From Candidatus Pacearchaeota archaeon (GTDB lineage: Archaea > Nanobdellota > Nanobdellia > Pacearchaeales > GW2011-AR1), in contig JAGLQB010000002.1 in NCBI GenBank assembly GCA_023137045.1, forward strand, positions 1 through 45,408: 45,408 nucleotides of DNA. Reading direction: 5' to 3'. The notes beneath the pieces were generated by a model, which made no database searches, was not told the origin of the DNA, and worked only from the letters and a program-made list of their open reading frames with translations. A program made the translations under genes and the position numbers. Numbering within the stretch: position 1 is the first letter of the stretch; each line of letters opens with the position of its first letter. Below, in pieces: positions 43,673-45,408 of this stretch.

Positions 43673-44521
43673 TCATTTCCAAACTTCTCCTAAATAAACA
43701 GCCCTGAATATCCCTTTAGCATATCCAAAGAATTTTATAGAATAAAATTTAATTACATTTTTTAATGAAAACTTATTTTTCTCCAATTTAATTTTTAGGG
43801 ATTTTAATAAAACTATCAAGGGAAGGGATATAAACAAAACTAAGACACTGAAATAATTGATTAAAGGAATTCTAAAAATTAAGTATCTTTCTTTCCAGCT
43901 TGCCCCAATCCATTTAGATTGTTTGTAAGTTTCTTTTAATGTGTCCGGATTTCTGTGATAACAAGTTGTATTTTTAGCAATTACTGGTTTTATTTTATAC
44001 TTAAACCAAAAGGTTTGGTCATCGGCATATCCATATTTTGGATCAAATCCCCCTAATTCTAAAAATTTATCTTTTCTAATTGCCCTGAATATTTTTACAT
44101 TTTTAGCAGAGTCTTTAGATACTCTTATTTTCCCCCATAATGCACCCCAAACATTATCTGTATTGGTGGCGATTTCATAATCATGAGTGGTGCCAATCAT
44201 CTTTCCTGTTTTATCTTCTAAAATAGGTTTTATAAGATTCTTAAGATAGTTTTTATCGAAAGCCATATCTGCATCAATAAAGATAAGAATATTCCCTAAC
44301 GCATTTTTTGCCCCAAAATTTCTTGCAGCACCAGGACCTTGGTGATTTTGTTTTAGAATTTTGATTTTATATTTTTCAGCAAGTTTGATTGTGCTATCTG
44401 TCGAACCGTCATCAACAATGACAATCTCTACATTTTTAATACTTTGAGATCTGAGAGACTTTAAACAATCTTCGACGTCTTTTTCTTCATTATAAGTAGG
44501 AATTATCACTGAAACATTCAT
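43673..44521 (-). CDS. GT2-family glycosyltransferase with C-terminal TM segments
   Basis: VSVIIPTYNEEKDVEDCL...IVIVDDGSTDST...GPGAARNFG...IFIDADM. The track start at 44539 is a GTG; the ATG at 44521 is preferred. Confidence 0.8.
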   Translation of the reverse strand: MNVSVIIPTYNEEKDVEDCLKSLRSQSIKNVEIVIVDDGSTDSTIKLAEKYKIKILKQNHQGPGAARNFGAKNALGNILIFIDADMAFDKNYLKNLIKPILEDKTGKMIGTTHDYEIATNTDNVWGALWGKIRVSKDSAKNVKIFRAIRKDKFLELGGFDPKYGYADDQTFWFKYKIKPVIAKNTTCYHRNPDTLKETYKQSKWIGASWKERYLIFRIPLINYFSVLVLFISLPLIVLLKSLKIKLEKNKFSLKNVIKFYSIKFFGYAKGIFRAVYLGEVWK

Positions 44522-44572
44522 ATTTATGTTACAATCCACTTATATTTAAATATACTCTCGATATCTTTTGTT

Positions 44573-45408
44573 ATGAAAATTTTAGAAATTTGTCCATTTT
44601 CAGCAGGAATTTGTGGAGTTTGGACTCGAGCAAAACAAGAATCTTTAGAATTTTCCAAACTAGGGCATAAGGTAACTATCTTTTCTTCAAATATTGAAAA
44701 AGGAACAAATAAACTTGTGCCTTCTTACGAGAAAGTAGAAAATGTAGAAATAAAGCGATTTAAGGGACGAAGATCTTTTTTTTCTGAAAATGTTATAAAT
44801 TTCAATTTTAAAAGAGAACTGGCAAAAACAAATCCTGATTTAGTTATTACACATCTGATTCATCCTCATTCATTTAAAGCATTAAAGATATGTAGAAAAA
44901 AAAGAAGCCCTTGTTATCTTGTTACACATGCACCTTTTTTTGCAAAAAGAAATTTTTTGCTGTCACTTATAACAAATTTTTACTATTTATTTTGGGCAAA
45001 ATTAAACATGAATAAGTTTACGAAAATACTCACAATTACTAAATGGGAAATTTCTTATTTACTAAATTTGGGAGTTTCAAAAAAGAAAATAACATACATC
45101 CCAAATGGAATTCCCCAAGAATTTTTTAAAGAGAAAATCACAAAATTCCAAGGGAAAAATATTTTATTTATTGGGAGAATCGCTCCTGTTAAAGATATAG
45201 AAACTTTAATTTCTGCATTTAAAAGAATAGACAAAAAAAATATTAGACTAAAAATTATTGGTCCTGTGGAACAAGGTTATGAACACATAAAAAATTCTAA
45301 ATCTAAAAACATAGAATTTTTAGAATCTATTTTTGATTTAAAGAAAAAAATAAAAAAACTTCAAGAAGCAGACATTTTTATTTTACCTTCAAAAAGAGAA
45401 GCAATGCC
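44573..45408 (+). CDS. GT4-family glycosyltransferase (3'-truncated by the window edge)
   Basis: Not in the ORF track because it is open-ended. My own translation from the ATG at 44573 gives MKILEICPFSAGICGVWTRAKQESLEFSKLGHKVTIFSS...GRIAPVKDIETLI...ADIFILPSKREAM, with no stop to the end of the window. Confidence 0.7.
   Translation, partial: MKILEICPFSAGICGVWTRAKQESLEFSKLGHKVTIFSSNIEKGTNKLVPSYEKVENVEIKRFKGRRSFFSENVINFNFKRELAKTNPDLVITHLIHPHSFKALKICRKKRSPCYLVTHAPFFAKRNFLLSLITNFYYLFWAKLNMNKFTKILTITKWEISYLLNLGVSKKKITYIPNGIPQEFFKEKITKFQGKNILFIGRIAPVKDIETLISAFKRIDKKNIRLKIIGPVEQGYEHIKNSKSKNIEFLESIFDLKKKIKKLQEADIFILPSKREAM

Noticed and set aside
1-45408. CRISPR arrays, cas genes, integrases, transposases, toxin-antitoxin or recognisable defence-system genes
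   Set aside because: I looked for regularly spaced direct repeats and for nuclease, recombinase or helicase-type ORFs. None was found. Every long ORF has a housekeeping, transport or glycan/phosphonate-biosynthesis assignment.

Overview
AT-rich archaeal contig. Gene content and order suggest a small-genome, DPANN-like archaeon: the uS13-uS4-uS11-RpoD block, the L21e-RpoF-DUF655 block, RpoN, RNase P Rpr2, an intron-containing tRNA, an orphan 5S rRNA and SecF-SecD. Positions 1-10.3 kb are housekeeping genes (RNAP subunits, ribosomal proteins, a MacB-type ABC transporter with a COG1361 surface protein, 5S rRNA, three complete tRNAs plus one edge fragment, SecFD). From 10.4 kb to the window end (about 35 kb, more than 30 genes) there is one continuous surface-glycan island made of several modules. 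(i) A 9-gene same-strand operon with Ugd-like/UXS, a GT-C (ArnT/PMT-like) enzyme, a polyprenyl-P-sugar-type GT2, two cobalamin-domain radical SAM enzymes, a methyltransferase and a UGM-like flavoprotein. (ii) A complete nucleotide-heptose pathway with an unusual nucleotidyltransferase-GmhB fusion. (iii) A Wzx-type flippase. (iv) A phosphonate module: a cytidylyltransferase-PEP mutase fusion carrying the EDKxxxxxNS signature, phosphonopyruvate decarboxylase and an Fe-alcohol dehydrogenase, plus two extra nucleotidyltransferases and a convergent CDP-alcohol-phosphatidyltransferase-family membrane protein. (v) A miniature split ThDP E1alpha/beta-like pair with two paralogous non-B12 radical SAM enzymes, RmlD-like reductases and a methyltransferase. 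(vi) Two further cobalamin-domain radical SAM enzymes, one fused in-frame to a CapD/PseB-type nucleotide-sugar 4,6-dehydratase, followed by GT4/GT2 glycosyltransferases. The best candidate for an undescribed system is this radical-SAM-rich (6 enzymes, 4 of class B), phosphonate-decorating glycan pathway. Smaller oddities: scar-like duplications of both termini of tRNA-Leu genes, an apparent A34 (AAG) Leu anticodon, and a duplicated leader element inside the ABC transporter locus. No CRISPR array, integrase or transposase was seen. All calls come from reading the ORF translations and the DNA; no database search was run.
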